Positions 29,785 to 38,634 of a stretch of 64,000 nt of DNA are shown piece by piece. This DNA is from Rhodocyclaceae bacterium (lineage in GTDB: Bacteria; Pseudomonadota; Gammaproteobacteria; Burkholderiales; Rhodocyclaceae), in NCBI GenBank assembly GCA_016791115.1, contig JAEUNL010000016.1:36878-100877 (forward strand), in the 5' to 3' direction. A program made the translations under genes and the position numbers. Each line of letters begins with the position of its first letter. Position 1 is the stretch's first letter. Below the pieces are notes generated by a model, which searched no databases, was not told the origin of the DNA, and saw nothing but the letters and a program-made list of their open reading frames with translations.

Positions 29785-31110
29785 ATGGCCGGACAGGCCG
29801 CCCCTTCGAGATTCGTCGATAGATTGCGCAACGCCGGCATCGAGCCGGGCGACAGCGACGAGCTGCGCCTGAACAAGGCGCTGCTGGTGTTTGCCACCGG
29901 CCTGGTGAGCGTCGCGTCGACCCTGTGGCTGGCGATCTACTGGAGCCTTGGCCCGCAACTGTCGGCCACGCTGCCGTTCGCGTTCCAGATCCTGCTCGCC
30001 GGCAACCTGCTGGTCTATCTGAAGACCGGCAATTTCAATTTCTTCCGCATCGCGCAGCTCGGGCTGTTCCTCTTCTTCCCGTTCGTCGCACAGTGGAGCA
30101 TCGGCAATTTCATCACCGCGTCGGGGCTGATCCTGTGGGGGCTGCTGGCGCCGATCGGGGCCATCCTCTGCTTCGGCGTGCGCGAGTCGATCGCCTGGTT
30201 TTTCGCCTACGTTTTCCTGGTCGCGCTGACCGGCTTCTTCGACTATTACCTCGCCGACGCCGTGCCGGTATCGGCCGCCACGCGGATTCCGATCCGCACC
30301 TCGGTGTTCTTCTTCGCGCTGAACTTCGTCGCGATCTCGTCGATGGTGTATCTGCTGCTGCGTTTCTCGATCCAGGAGAAGCAGAAGATCGAATCGAAGC
30401 TCGCCGAAGCCCACCGCCTGTTGCAGATCGAGCAGGACCGCTCGGAGCGCCTGCTGCTCAACATCCTGCCGGGCCCGATCGCCGAGCGCCTGAAGAACAG
30501 CAACCAGACCATCGCCGACGGCTTCGCCGACGTCACCGTGATGTTCGCCGACATCGTGAACTTCACCCAGGTCGCGAGCGGCATGACGCCTTCGCAGGTG
30601 TTCGCGATGCTCAACCGCATCTTCTCGGTGTGGGACGAACTGGCGGAAAAGTACGGCATCGAGAAGATCAAGACCATCGGCGACGCCTACATGGTGGCCG
30701 GCGGCCTCAACGATGCGCGCGAGGACTACTCCGCCGCCATCGCCGACCTCGCGCTCGAAATGCGCGATCTGCTGCACCGGGATTTCAACGTCAACGACCG
30801 CCATCTCGACGTGCGCATCGGCATCGGCACCGGTCCGGTGGTTGCCGGCGTGGTCGGCAAAAAGAAGTTCATCTACGACCTGTGGGGCGACACGGTGAAT
30901 ATCGCCAGCCGCATCACCACGGAAGGGACGCCCGGCATGGTCCAGTGCGACGCTGCGACCTGGCGCCGCCTGAAAGGCAATTTCGTGTTCGACGAGCCGC
31001 AGGTGCTGTACCTGAAGGGCAAGGGCAACATGACCGTCTATCGCCTGCAGGGCCGCAACCAGCAGGCAACACCCGGCGCAGCACGCGCCGTCGCCGTCGG
31101 CATGCGCTGA
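29785..31110 (+). CDS. membrane-anchored class III adenylate cyclase
   Basis: I took the ATG at 29785, preceded by GGAGC. The track ORF starts at a GTG at 29758. About six TM helices are followed by a CYCc domain (FADIVNFT, KIKTIGDAYMV, YDLWGDTVNIASR). The Lys (KTIGD) and Asp (YDLWG) specificity pair predicts ATP as substrate. Confidence 0.88.
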   Translation: MAGQAAPSRFVDRLRNAGIEPGDSDELRLNKALLVFATGLVSVASTLWLAIYWSLGPQLSATLPFAFQILLAGNLLVYLKTGNFNFFRIAQLGLFLFFPFVAQWSIGNFITASGLILWGLLAPIGAILCFGVRESIAWFFAYVFLVALTGFFDYYLADAVPVSAATRIPIRTSVFFFALNFVAISSMVYLLLRFSIQEKQKIESKLAEAHRLLQIEQDRSERLLLNILPGPIAERLKNSNQTIADGFADVTVMFADIVNFTQVASGMTPSQVFAMLNRIFSVWDELAEKYGIEKIKTIGDAYMVAGGLNDAREDYSAAIADLALEMRDLLHRDFNVNDRHLDVRIGIGTGPVVAGVVGKKKFIYDLWGDTVNIASRITTEGTPGMVQCDAATWRRLKGNFVFDEPQVLYLKGKGNMTVYRLQGRNQQATPGAARAVAVGMR

Positions 31111-31134
31111 GCGGACGCCCGGCAAGGCGCCGGC

Positions 31135-32889
31135 TCAATTCGGCAGCAGGCGCCGGTGCAGCCGGAAACAGACATGCCCCGCCTGGTTGGCCTGCAATTC
31201 GAGGCGATAGCCCAGTCCTTCGGCCTGCCGCGCCACTTGATACAGGCCGATGCCGAACCCGCCTGCGGACTCGACCGGACCACGCATCAGTTTCGCCGCC
31301 AGGTCATCGGCGATCGGCGATCCGCTGTCGCAGACCGAAAACTCGATCGCTTCTCCCGCAGAAAAGCTCGCCGAAATGCGCAACCCGGTTTCGTGCAACC
31401 GCTTGTCGAGCGCGTTCTGCAGCAGGTTTTCCGCCACCGAGTTGAACAGGCCGCTCGGCACCTCGGCGGCGGGATCGATCCCGCCTTCCGTGAAATCGAT
31501 GGCAGCGCTCCCATAGCGCTGCCCGAGGTCGGCCCACCATGACGCTGCCCGCTGCCAGACAACCGGTTGCTCCTCCGGCCGGCGCAGCTTGTCCAGCGTC
31601 TGCTGCAGGCGCTGCGTGATCACCGGCAATTGCCGGCGCAACAGCCGCTGGAACTCGGCGGAGTTGTCGCCGTCCTGCCATTCCGCCGCGAAGCACAAGG
31701 TGTTGAGCGATTGCAGCAGGTTCTTCACGTCGTGCGTGACACGCGCGCCGGTTTCATGCACGGCCTGCACATAGCTCAGGCGCTGCAACTGGCCTGCATG
31801 AACCTTGGCGAGGTAGAACTCGCCCAGCAACCGCGCCAGGAGGCCGAAGTGCCAGGACAGCGCCGGCGACAGGCGCTGGGACGTATAAAGCGTGACCGTG
31901 AGCGGGCCGTGGCGATACTCGGTCTTCTGCCCCTCCAGCCTGCCGAAGCGCCCGCTGCGATCTTCCGCACGTTCACCCGCGCGCCACTCGCCGCCGCCGA
32001 CCCAGGGCAACCGCGCAAGTCCGGCGAATGCATCGTCGAGGAAGGCGGCAGGGTCGTCCTGGCGCATCGCGTGCTCGGCCAGGTGGTGCATCCACTGCTC
32101 GAAAGGCAGGCCGACCGACAGGACGTGCCGGCTTAACAGCACGCCGAGGCCCGAGAACCCAGCCCGTGGATTCCATGCCCAGCCCAGCAGCAGCAGCAGC
32201 ACCGCCAGCGAAAGCAGCGTCAGCATGAGCGACTCCGCGTACCCTGCCGCGCGCACCAGCATGAATGCAAGGCAGCCGAGCATCAGCACCGCGAGCAACA
32301 GGAACAGGATGATGCCGGAGAACAGGTCAACGACTTCCGCCTCGTCCCGCTCCGCGTCTTCGACCGGCAGGATGGCCATGAGCGGAAACATAAGCGGCAG
32401 CACATAGCGCGCGACCAGATCGAACCCGCCCGGCAGTTGCTCGCTCATCGGCAGCAAGGGTGGCAACAGCAGAACCAGCATCAGAACCAGCAGGTAGCCC
32501 AATGCCAACAGGTAGAACAGCCGCAACCATCGCGATCCGAAGAAGAACACCTTGCCGCCAACGATCGCCGTCAGCACCATGGTCCAGGCGATCATCAGCC
32601 AGCCGTTGAGAAAGACGATGAAGCCGGTCACTGCCGCGGCAAGCACCACCAGTTCCAGTGGCCCAAGGCGGCGCTCCGCCCGCACGATCGGCTGCCACAG
32701 CAGGAACAAGCCGAAGTGGCCGACCAACAATGTGCGTGCTATCGGTGACGGAACGCCCTGCACGATCGAAAGATGGAGCAGCACGAGCAACGCGAGCAGC
32801 AGGTAGCGGCGGTATCGCGCCACAAACGCAACAATCGCAGCGAGACCGGCATGGTCGTGCGGGTGTTCCAGTTCTCGTCGGGATTCCAT
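31135..32889 (-). CDS. polytopic sensor histidine kinase, PrsK-like
   Basis: The 584-aa ORF has about 7-8 N-terminal TM helices, the H-box THDVKNLLQSL, and an HATPase_c domain (NLLQNALDK...GFGIGLYQV). It runs divergently from the pilin gene. Confidence 0.85.
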   Translation of the reverse strand: MESRRELEHPHDHAGLAAIVAFVARYRRYLLLALLVLLHLSIVQGVPSPIARTLLVGHFGLFLLWQPIVRAERRLGPLELVVLAAAVTGFIVFLNGWLMIAWTMVLTAIVGGKVFFFGSRWLRLFYLLALGYLLVLMLVLLLPPLLPMSEQLPGGFDLVARYVLPLMFPLMAILPVEDAERDEAEVVDLFSGIILFLLLAVLMLGCLAFMLVRAAGYAESLMLTLLSLAVLLLLLGWAWNPRAGFSGLGVLLSRHVLSVGLPFEQWMHHLAEHAMRQDDPAAFLDDAFAGLARLPWVGGGEWRAGERAEDRSGRFGRLEGQKTEYRHGPLTVTLYTSQRLSPALSWHFGLLARLLGEFYLAKVHAGQLQRLSYVQAVHETGARVTHDVKNLLQSLNTLCFAAEWQDGDNSAEFQRLLRRQLPVITQRLQQTLDKLRRPEEQPVVWQRAASWWADLGQRYGSAAIDFTEGGIDPAAEVPSGLFNSVAENLLQNALDKRLHETGLRISASFSAGEAIEFSVCDSGSPIADDLAAKLMRGPVESAGGFGIGLYQVARQAEGLGYRLELQANQAGHVCFRLHRRLLPN

Positions 32890-33043
32890 GGCGACTCGGG
32901 TCGGGGCAGCACACCTCGAAACGCGTCACCGGACCCGTCGCGGCCGGCGGGCAGAAGTGACGACCTACGGACGCAAGTGTCGAATTCCCGACACCCTGCC
33001 GATCAAAACAGGCGAATTATCCCATCCCTTGCGCGATTTCCAC

Positions 33044-33059
33044 TGGCACGCGGATTGCT
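33044..33059 (+). promoter_or_regulatory. sigma-54 (-24/-12) promoter of the pilin gene
   Basis: TGGCAC-GCGGA-TTGCT is an exact match to the TGGCAC-N5-TTGCW consensus. It ends 34 nt upstream of the pilin ATG at 33093. Confidence 0.72.
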
Positions 33060-33092
33060 GAGTGATGGCCATCATCCTCAGGAACCTGCGCC

Positions 33093-33746
33093 ATGCCGAA
33101 TCGCCAATCAGGCTTCACCCTCGTCGAAATCGCGATCGTACTGGTCATCATCGGCCTGCTGCTCGGCGGCGTTCTGAAGGGCCAGGAATTGATCAACAGC
33201 GCGAAGGTGAAGAACTTCGCGCAGGACTTCCGTTCGGTGCCGCTATTCATTTACGGATACCAGGACAAGTTCAAGGCCTTGCCGGGTGATGACCTCAAGG
33301 CCGTCGAGCACCTCGGCACGGGCACGCCTGTTCCAACCGGCACGTCGGCGGGCAACGGTGCAATCGACGGATACTGGAACGATGGGCAATCAGCGGCAAG
33401 CGAGGCCGTGATTTTCTGGGACCACGTCCGTCGCGCCAACCTGGCATCCGGCCCCTTCCCGATCAACACCAATGCCGACCTCCCGACCAACGCCGATGGC
33501 GGCCGCATCGGCATACAGTCGGCCAAGCCGGTCGCCGACATGACAGGTTCGTACTACATTTGCTCAGGTGGAATTCTCGGAAAATTCGCCAAGCAGCTCG
33601 ACATCACCATGGACGACGGCAAGACGACGACCGGCTCGATGCGCGTCGGCACCTGGGCGAGCAACGCCCTGACGACGGTCGCCGAGTCGGGAACCGGCAC
33701 GATCATCGACGACGGCCAGCCCTACGTCGTGTGCCTCGGATTCTGA
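33093..33746 (+). CDS. type IV pilin / pseudopilin (prepilin-type N-terminal methylation domain), 217 aa
   Basis: MPNRQSG|FTLVEIAIVLVIIGLLLGG is a canonical class III signal peptide. The gene is monocistronic, with its own promoter and terminator. Confidence 0.88.
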   Translation: MPNRQSGFTLVEIAIVLVIIGLLLGGVLKGQELINSAKVKNFAQDFRSVPLFIYGYQDKFKALPGDDLKAVEHLGTGTPVPTGTSAGNGAIDGYWNDGQSAASEAVIFWDHVRRANLASGPFPINTNADLPTNADGGRIGIQSAKPVADMTGSYYICSGGILGKFAKQLDITMDDGKTTTGSMRVGTWASNALTTVAESGTGTIIDDGQPYVVCLGF

Positions 33747-33774
33747 TCCGGCACACGCCGTAGAGGATCGAACC

Positions 33775-33804
33775 GATGCCCCGTTCGCGGGGCATCGTGC
33801 TTTT
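33775..33804 (+). terminator. intrinsic terminator between the convergent pilin and kefB-like genes
   Basis: GATGCCCCG-TTCG-CGGGGCATC forms a perfect 9-bp stem with a tetraloop, followed by GTGCTTTTC. Confidence 0.65.
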
Positions 33805-35777
33805 CAACCCTTCAGCAGCCTCTCCTCCGCCGCCACCAGCCGATCCGGCTCGCCGAGCAGCACGATCACGTCCTCGGCGTTCAGAACCGTGCCGGACTCG
33901 GGGTCCATCGAACGGATGCCGCGCCGGCGCAGTGCCGTAACCTGAACTTCCAGCTCGTCCAGTTCGAGATCGCGGATCGGCCGGCCGACGCTCCAGGCGC
34001 CCGCCGTCAGCACGACCGAGTGCAGGCGTGCCTGGTGCAGGTGCTCGATGCTCTCCTCGGCCAGGTCGTCGGCGCCGCGATAGATGCCGCGCAGCAGACG
34101 GTAGCGCTTGCCGCGGATCTCGCGAATGCGCTTGAGCACACGGGCCAGCGGCACGCCGATCAGCACCAGTGCATGCGAGGCCAGCATGATCGACGACTCG
34201 AACGATTCCGGCACCACCTCGGCCGCGCCAGCGCTCGATAGCAGGTCGTAATCGCGTTCGTCGGAGGTGCGCACGACCACTGGCACGTCGGGCCGCAGGC
34301 TGCGCACCGTGTTGATGACACGCAGCGCCGAGGGCGTGTCGGCGTAGGTGATGACTACGACCGCCGCGCGCGAAATGCCGGCAGCGGTGAGTGTTTCGCG
34401 ACGGGCGGCGTCGCCGAACACCACGGTTTCCCCCGCCGCCGCGGCCTCCTTGACGCGCTCCGGATCGAGGTCCAGCGCGATGTAGGTGATCTCTTCCTGC
34501 TCCAGGAAGCGCGCGAGGTATTGACCGTTGCGCCCGTAGCCGCAGAGGATGGCGTGGCGGTCGATGAACATCGACTGCGACGCGATCTGCGTCAGCTGCA
34601 TCGAGCGCATCAGCCATTCCGAAGGCACCAGGCGCAGCACGATCTTGTCTGCGTATTGCGAGATCAGCGGCGCGAGCACCAGCGACAGCACCAGGGCAGC
34701 GAGCACAATCTGCAGCACGGTCGACGGCACCAGGGCGGCGCGCCCGGTTTGCGCCAGCAGGACGAAACCGAATTCGCCGCCGGCACACAGCCACAAGCCG
34801 GTTCGCAGCGCGGTGCCGGGCGAGGAGCCGAACAGCCGCGAGGCGCCAGCCGCGACCGCGAACTTCAAGCCGAGCAGGCCGACGAGCGTCAACAGCACCC
34901 AGAAGGCCTGCTGCGCCACGACGGCGAGGTCGAGCAGGATGCCGATGGTGACGAAGAACAGCCCCATCAGCACGTCGCGGAACGGCTTGATGTCCTCTTC
35001 CACCTGATACCGATACTCCGTCTCGGAGATCAGCATGCCCGCGACGAAGGCGCCGAGGGCCAGGGACAGGCCGGCCAACTCGGTGACCCACGCAAGCCCC
35101 AGCGTCACCAGCAGCACGTTGAGCATGAACAGCTCGGTGCTCTTGCGCCGCGCCACCACATGGAACCAGCTGCGCATGAGGCGCTGTCCGAAGAACAGGA
35201 TCAGCGACAGCGCGACGACGGCCTTGACCGTGGCGATCGCAAGCGACGACCACATCTGCTCCGCGCTTCCGCCAAGCGCGGGTATCAGGATCAGCGAGGG
35301 CACGACAGCCAAATCCTGGAACAGCAGCACGCCCATCACCTCGCGGCCGTGCGGCGAATCGAGCTGCATGCGTTCTACCAACAGCTTGGACAGCACAGCA
35401 GTCGACGACATTGCCATTGTCATTCCGAGTGCGATGGCGCCGGTCCAGTTCAGGCCGAACACGGCCAGCGCGAGCATGACGAACAAGGCAGTCAGCGCCA
35501 CCTGCGCGGCACCGAGGCCGAACACGATGCGCTTCATGCTGTAGAGCTTGGGCAGCGAAAACTCGAGTCCGATCGAGAACATCAGGAACACGACGCCGAA
35601 CTCGGCGAAATCGCTGGCGTCCGAATGCGCAGGCAGCAGGTTGAGCGCATGCGGCCCGACCACAGCCCCCACCAGCAGGTAGCCGAGAATGGGCGGGAGG
35701 TTGAGCGACCGGAACGCCACCACGACCATTACGGCGGCGGCAAGGAGCAGGAGCACGAGCTCGAGCGCGGAAGTCAT
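33804..35777 (-). CDS. CPA2 monovalent cation:proton antiporter with TrkA-N and TrkA-C domains (KefB/YbaL-like)
   Basis: The 657-aa ORF has about 12 TM helices, then an RCK/TrkA-N domain (HAILCGYGRNGQ) and a C-terminal TrkA-C domain. Confidence 0.9.
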   Translation of the reverse strand: MTSALELVLLLLAAAVMVVVAFRSLNLPPILGYLLVGAVVGPHALNLLPAHSDASDFAEFGVVFLMFSIGLEFSLPKLYSMKRIVFGLGAAQVALTALFVMLALAVFGLNWTGAIALGMTMAMSSTAVLSKLLVERMQLDSPHGREVMGVLLFQDLAVVPSLILIPALGGSAEQMWSSLAIATVKAVVALSLILFFGQRLMRSWFHVVARRKSTELFMLNVLLVTLGLAWVTELAGLSLALGAFVAGMLISETEYRYQVEEDIKPFRDVLMGLFFVTIGILLDLAVVAQQAFWVLLTLVGLLGLKFAVAAGASRLFGSSPGTALRTGLWLCAGGEFGFVLLAQTGRAALVPSTVLQIVLAALVLSLVLAPLISQYADKIVLRLVPSEWLMRSMQLTQIASQSMFIDRHAILCGYGRNGQYLARFLEQEEITYIALDLDPERVKEAAAAGETVVFGDAARRETLTAAGISRAAVVVITYADTPSALRVINTVRSLRPDVPVVVRTSDERDYDLLSSAGAAEVVPESFESSIMLASHALVLIGVPLARVLKRIREIRGKRYRLLRGIYRGADDLAEESIEHLHQARLHSVVLTAGAWSVGRPIRDLELDELEVQVTALRRRGIRSMDPESGTVLNAEDVIVLLGEPDRLVAAEERLLKG

Positions 35778-35894
35778 GAGGCTGTTATCCCTGGATCCGC
35801 GCCAGTCGTGGCGCGTCCGAAGCGGGTTGACCGGCCGAATAGCCGCTTCGACCCGTCTGTTATAATTTCACCGAATGATAACCAGTTCCCGCAG

Positions 35895-36890
35895 ATGAGC
35901 CAAACCGACGCCGCAAAAGTTGACGGTGCCTCGACGCTGGAACTCGGGCGCCGTGTGCTGCGCATTGAGGCGCAGGCGATCGAGGCGCTTATCGACCGGC
36001 TCGACGAGGCCTTCGTTTCTGCCGTCGAAATGATTCTCGCAGTACGCGGGCGGGTCGTTGTGAGCGGCATCGGCAAGTCGGGCCACATTGCGCGCAAGAT
36101 CGCAGCCACGCTCGCATCGACCGGCACACCCGCTTACTTTGTGCACGCCGCCGAAGCCAATCACGGCGACCTCGGCATGATTGCTGGCGACGACGTCCTG
36201 ATCGCCCTGTCGAATTCCGGCGAGGCCGAAGAACTGCTGACTATCGTCCCGCTGATCAAGCGCCGGGGCGGCAAGCTGATCGCCATCACCGGCAATGCGT
36301 CGTCGTCGCTGGCACGCGAGGCGGATGTCCATCTCGACGGCCGTGTCGCCGAGGAAGCCTGCCCGCTCAACCTCGCCCCGACCGCGAGCACCACCGCTGC
36401 GCTGGCGCTTGGCGATGCGCTGGCCGTGGCGCTGCTCGACGCACGCGGATTCTCGGCCGAGGATTTCGCGCACTCCCATCCCGGCGGCGCGCTCGGGCGG
36501 CGCCTCCTGACGCATGTGAGCGATGTCATGCGCCCGCTGGAGCGCGTGCCCTGCGTCGCAGAGGGCGCCATCATGAAAGACGCGCTGCTGTCGATGACGC
36601 GCGGCGGCATGGGCATGACGGCGATCGTCGGCGACGGTAACCGCGTGGCCGGCATCTTCACCGATGGCGACCTGCGCCGTGCAATTGAGCGCGGCTGCAA
36701 CTTCACCGCCGATCCGGTGCGCGACTTCATGACGCGCAACCCGCGCACGGTCCGGCCCGAAGCATTGGCCGTCGAGGCGGTCGAGCGCATGGATTCGCAC
36801 CGCATCAGCCAGTTGCTGGTGGTCGATGGCAACTGCGCACTGGTCGGCGCGCTCAATACGCACGACCTGATGCAGGCGCGGGTGATCTGA
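35895..36890 (+). CDS. kdsD: arabinose-5-phosphate isomerase (KdsD/KpsF family)
   Basis: This is the 3' part of track ORF 34521..36890, from the ATG at 35895. It has a SIS domain (VVVSGIGKSGHIARKIAATLASTGTP) and tandem CBS domains. Confidence 0.9.
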   Translation: MSQTDAAKVDGASTLELGRRVLRIEAQAIEALIDRLDEAFVSAVEMILAVRGRVVVSGIGKSGHIARKIAATLASTGTPAYFVHAAEANHGDLGMIAGDDVLIALSNSGEAEELLTIVPLIKRRGGKLIAITGNASSSLAREADVHLDGRVAEEACPLNLAPTASTTAALALGDALAVALLDARGFSAEDFAHSHPGGALGRRLLTHVSDVMRPLERVPCVAEGAIMKDALLSMTRGGMGMTAIVGDGNRVAGIFTDGDLRRAIERGCNFTADPVRDFMTRNPRTVRPEALAVEAVERMDSHRISQLLVVDGNCALVGALNTHDLMQARVI

Positions 36891-37426
36891 TGAACGACAC
36901 AACTGCGACGGCACGCGCCCAGGCAGCCCAAGTCCGGCTGATGGCCTTCGACGTCGACGGGGTACTGACCGACGGTACGCTCTGGTTCACCTCCGCCGGA
37001 GACGAGATGAAGGGGTTCTCGAGTACCGACGGCCACGGGCTCAAGCTGCTGCGCGAGGGCGGCATCGAACTGGCGATCATCACCGGCCGTCGCTCGCGCG
37101 CCGTGGCGCTGCGTGCGGAGAACCTCGGCATCGCCCGCCTGCACCAGGGCGTCGAGGACAAGCGCGCGGTCCTGCTCGAGATCGCCGGGCAGATCGGCGT
37201 CGCGCCGCAGCAGTGCGGCTACATGGGCGACGACGTCGTGGACCTTCCCATCCTGCGCGCCTGCGGCTTTTCTGCGACCGTTCCCGAGGGCGAAGCGCTG
37301 GTGAAGCAACATGTCCACTACATCGCACACCGCCCGGCCGGCCGGGGGGCGGTGCGCGAAGTCTGCGAGTTCATCCTCGGCGCGCAGGGCAGACTTGACG
37401 GCCTGATGGCGCGTTACCTGGGTTGA
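36890..37426 (+). CDS. kdsC: 3-deoxy-D-manno-octulosonate 8-phosphate phosphatase
   Basis: The 178-aa ORF has a HAD motif (MAFDVDGVLTDG) and GDDVVDLP. Confidence 0.9.
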   Translation: MNDTTATARAQAAQVRLMAFDVDGVLTDGTLWFTSAGDEMKGFSSTDGHGLKLLREGGIELAIITGRRSRAVALRAENLGIARLHQGVEDKRAVLLEIAGQIGVAPQQCGYMGDDVVDLPILRACGFSATVPEGEALVKQHVHYIAHRPAGRGAVREVCEFILGAQGRLDGLMARYLG

Positions 37427-38007
37427 CGACCATGCGATCGACCGGACGCTGGCACTCGATCTATCCCATCGTCATGATCGGGCTGCTTGCCGCGCTCACG
37501 CTGTGGCTCAATCGCGCGATACAGTTCGAACCGGTGCGCAGCGACGGCAAGCTGCGGCACGACCCGGACTACATTGTCGACAAGCTCAACGGCAAGCGAT
37601 TCGACGAAAAGGGCAAGCTGCAGTATTCACTGATCGCGGACCGCATGATCCACTACCCGGACGACGACACGACGGAACTGATGAATCCGCGCATGGTGCA
37701 CACCGGGCGCAAGGAACCGCTGCGCGCATCCGCGACGCGCGCCAATCTGAGCAAGGATGGCAAGGTCGTCACGCTGATCGACAACGTGAAACTGATTCGC
37801 GAAGCCACGGCCGGCCGGCCCGAGATGACGCTGACCACATCGACGCTCACCTTGCGGCCCGACGACGAAACCGCAACCACCGACGCACCGGTCACTATCA
37901 CGCACGGCAAGTCGGTGATCCGCGGCACAGGATTCGACTACAACAACATCACCGCCGTCGCCATCCTCAGGGCCAGCGTGCGCGGCACACTAGCGAGGGG
38001 CGGCTGA
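37423..38007 (+). CDS. lptC: LPS export protein LptC
   Basis: The 194-aa ORF has an N-terminal TM anchor and occupies the position between kdsC and lptA. Its C-terminal motif (GTGFDYNN) is LptC-like. Confidence 0.8.
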   Translation: MTTMRSTGRWHSIYPIVMIGLLAALTLWLNRAIQFEPVRSDGKLRHDPDYIVDKLNGKRFDEKGKLQYSLIADRMIHYPDDDTTELMNPRMVHTGRKEPLRASATRANLSKDGKVVTLIDNVKLIREATAGRPEMTLTTSTLTLRPDDETATTDAPVTITHGKSVIRGTGFDYNNITAVAILRASVRGTLARGG

Positions 38008-38029
38008 CACCCGCCCGGAAAGCACGACA

Positions 38030-38623
38030 ATGAAAACTCTGCACATCATCACGCTGATCTGCGCCTGCCAGATTGCGGGAAGCGCCTTAGCGGAAAAGGC
38101 CGACCGCTCCAAGCCCATCAACCTCGAAGCGGACAAGGTCACGGTCGACGACCGCAACAAGGTCCACACCTATGAAGGCAACGTCGTGCTGACCCAGGGG
38201 ACGATGATCATTCGCGCCGGCAAGGTCGTGATCACCCAGGATCTCGAAGGCTACCAGAAGGGCGTTGCCTACGCGCCCCAGGGTGGTCTGGCGAAGTTCC
38301 GCCAGAAGCGCGAGGGCCGCGACGACTATGTCGATGGCGAGGCCGAACGCATTGAACAGGACACACGCACCGAGCTTACCAAGTTCTTCAACAAGGCCTG
38401 GGTGCGCAGCGGTCAGGACGAGGTACGCGGGGAATATATTCAGTACAACGGCGTCACCGAGAACTACGTGGTGACCAACGGACCGAACAACACGGTGCTG
38501 CCCGGCCAACAGGGCGGCGGCAGGGTACGCGCGGTCATCATGCCCAAGGGCGCGGGCGCTGCACCGGCCCCGGCAGCGGATGCACGGCCGGCCGCGCCAC
38601 CTTCCGCCGCCCCGGCCAAGTGA
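38030..38623 (+). CDS. lptA: LPS transport periplasmic protein LptA
   Basis: The 197-aa ORF has a signal peptide and OstA-like repeats ([40 protein letters not shown]). Confidence 0.85.
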   Translation: MKTLHIITLICACQIAGSALAEKADRSKPINLEADKVTVDDRNKVHTYEGNVVLTQGTMIIRAGKVVITQDLEGYQKGVAYAPQGGLAKFRQKREGRDDYVDGEAERIEQDTRTELTKFFNKAWVRSGQDEVRGEYIQYNGVTENYVVTNGPNNTVLPGQQGGGRVRAVIMPKGAGAAPAPAADARPAAPPSAAPAK

Positions 38624-38634
38624 AGAGGACGGCA

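Noticed and set aside
15594-33746. Evidence that the filament island is a recently acquired mobile element.
   Set aside because: The window has no integrase, transposase, tRNA attachment site or flanking direct repeats. By eye, base composition and codon style match the flanking housekeeping genes. I therefore describe it only as an insertion into a conserved junction, of undetermined age.
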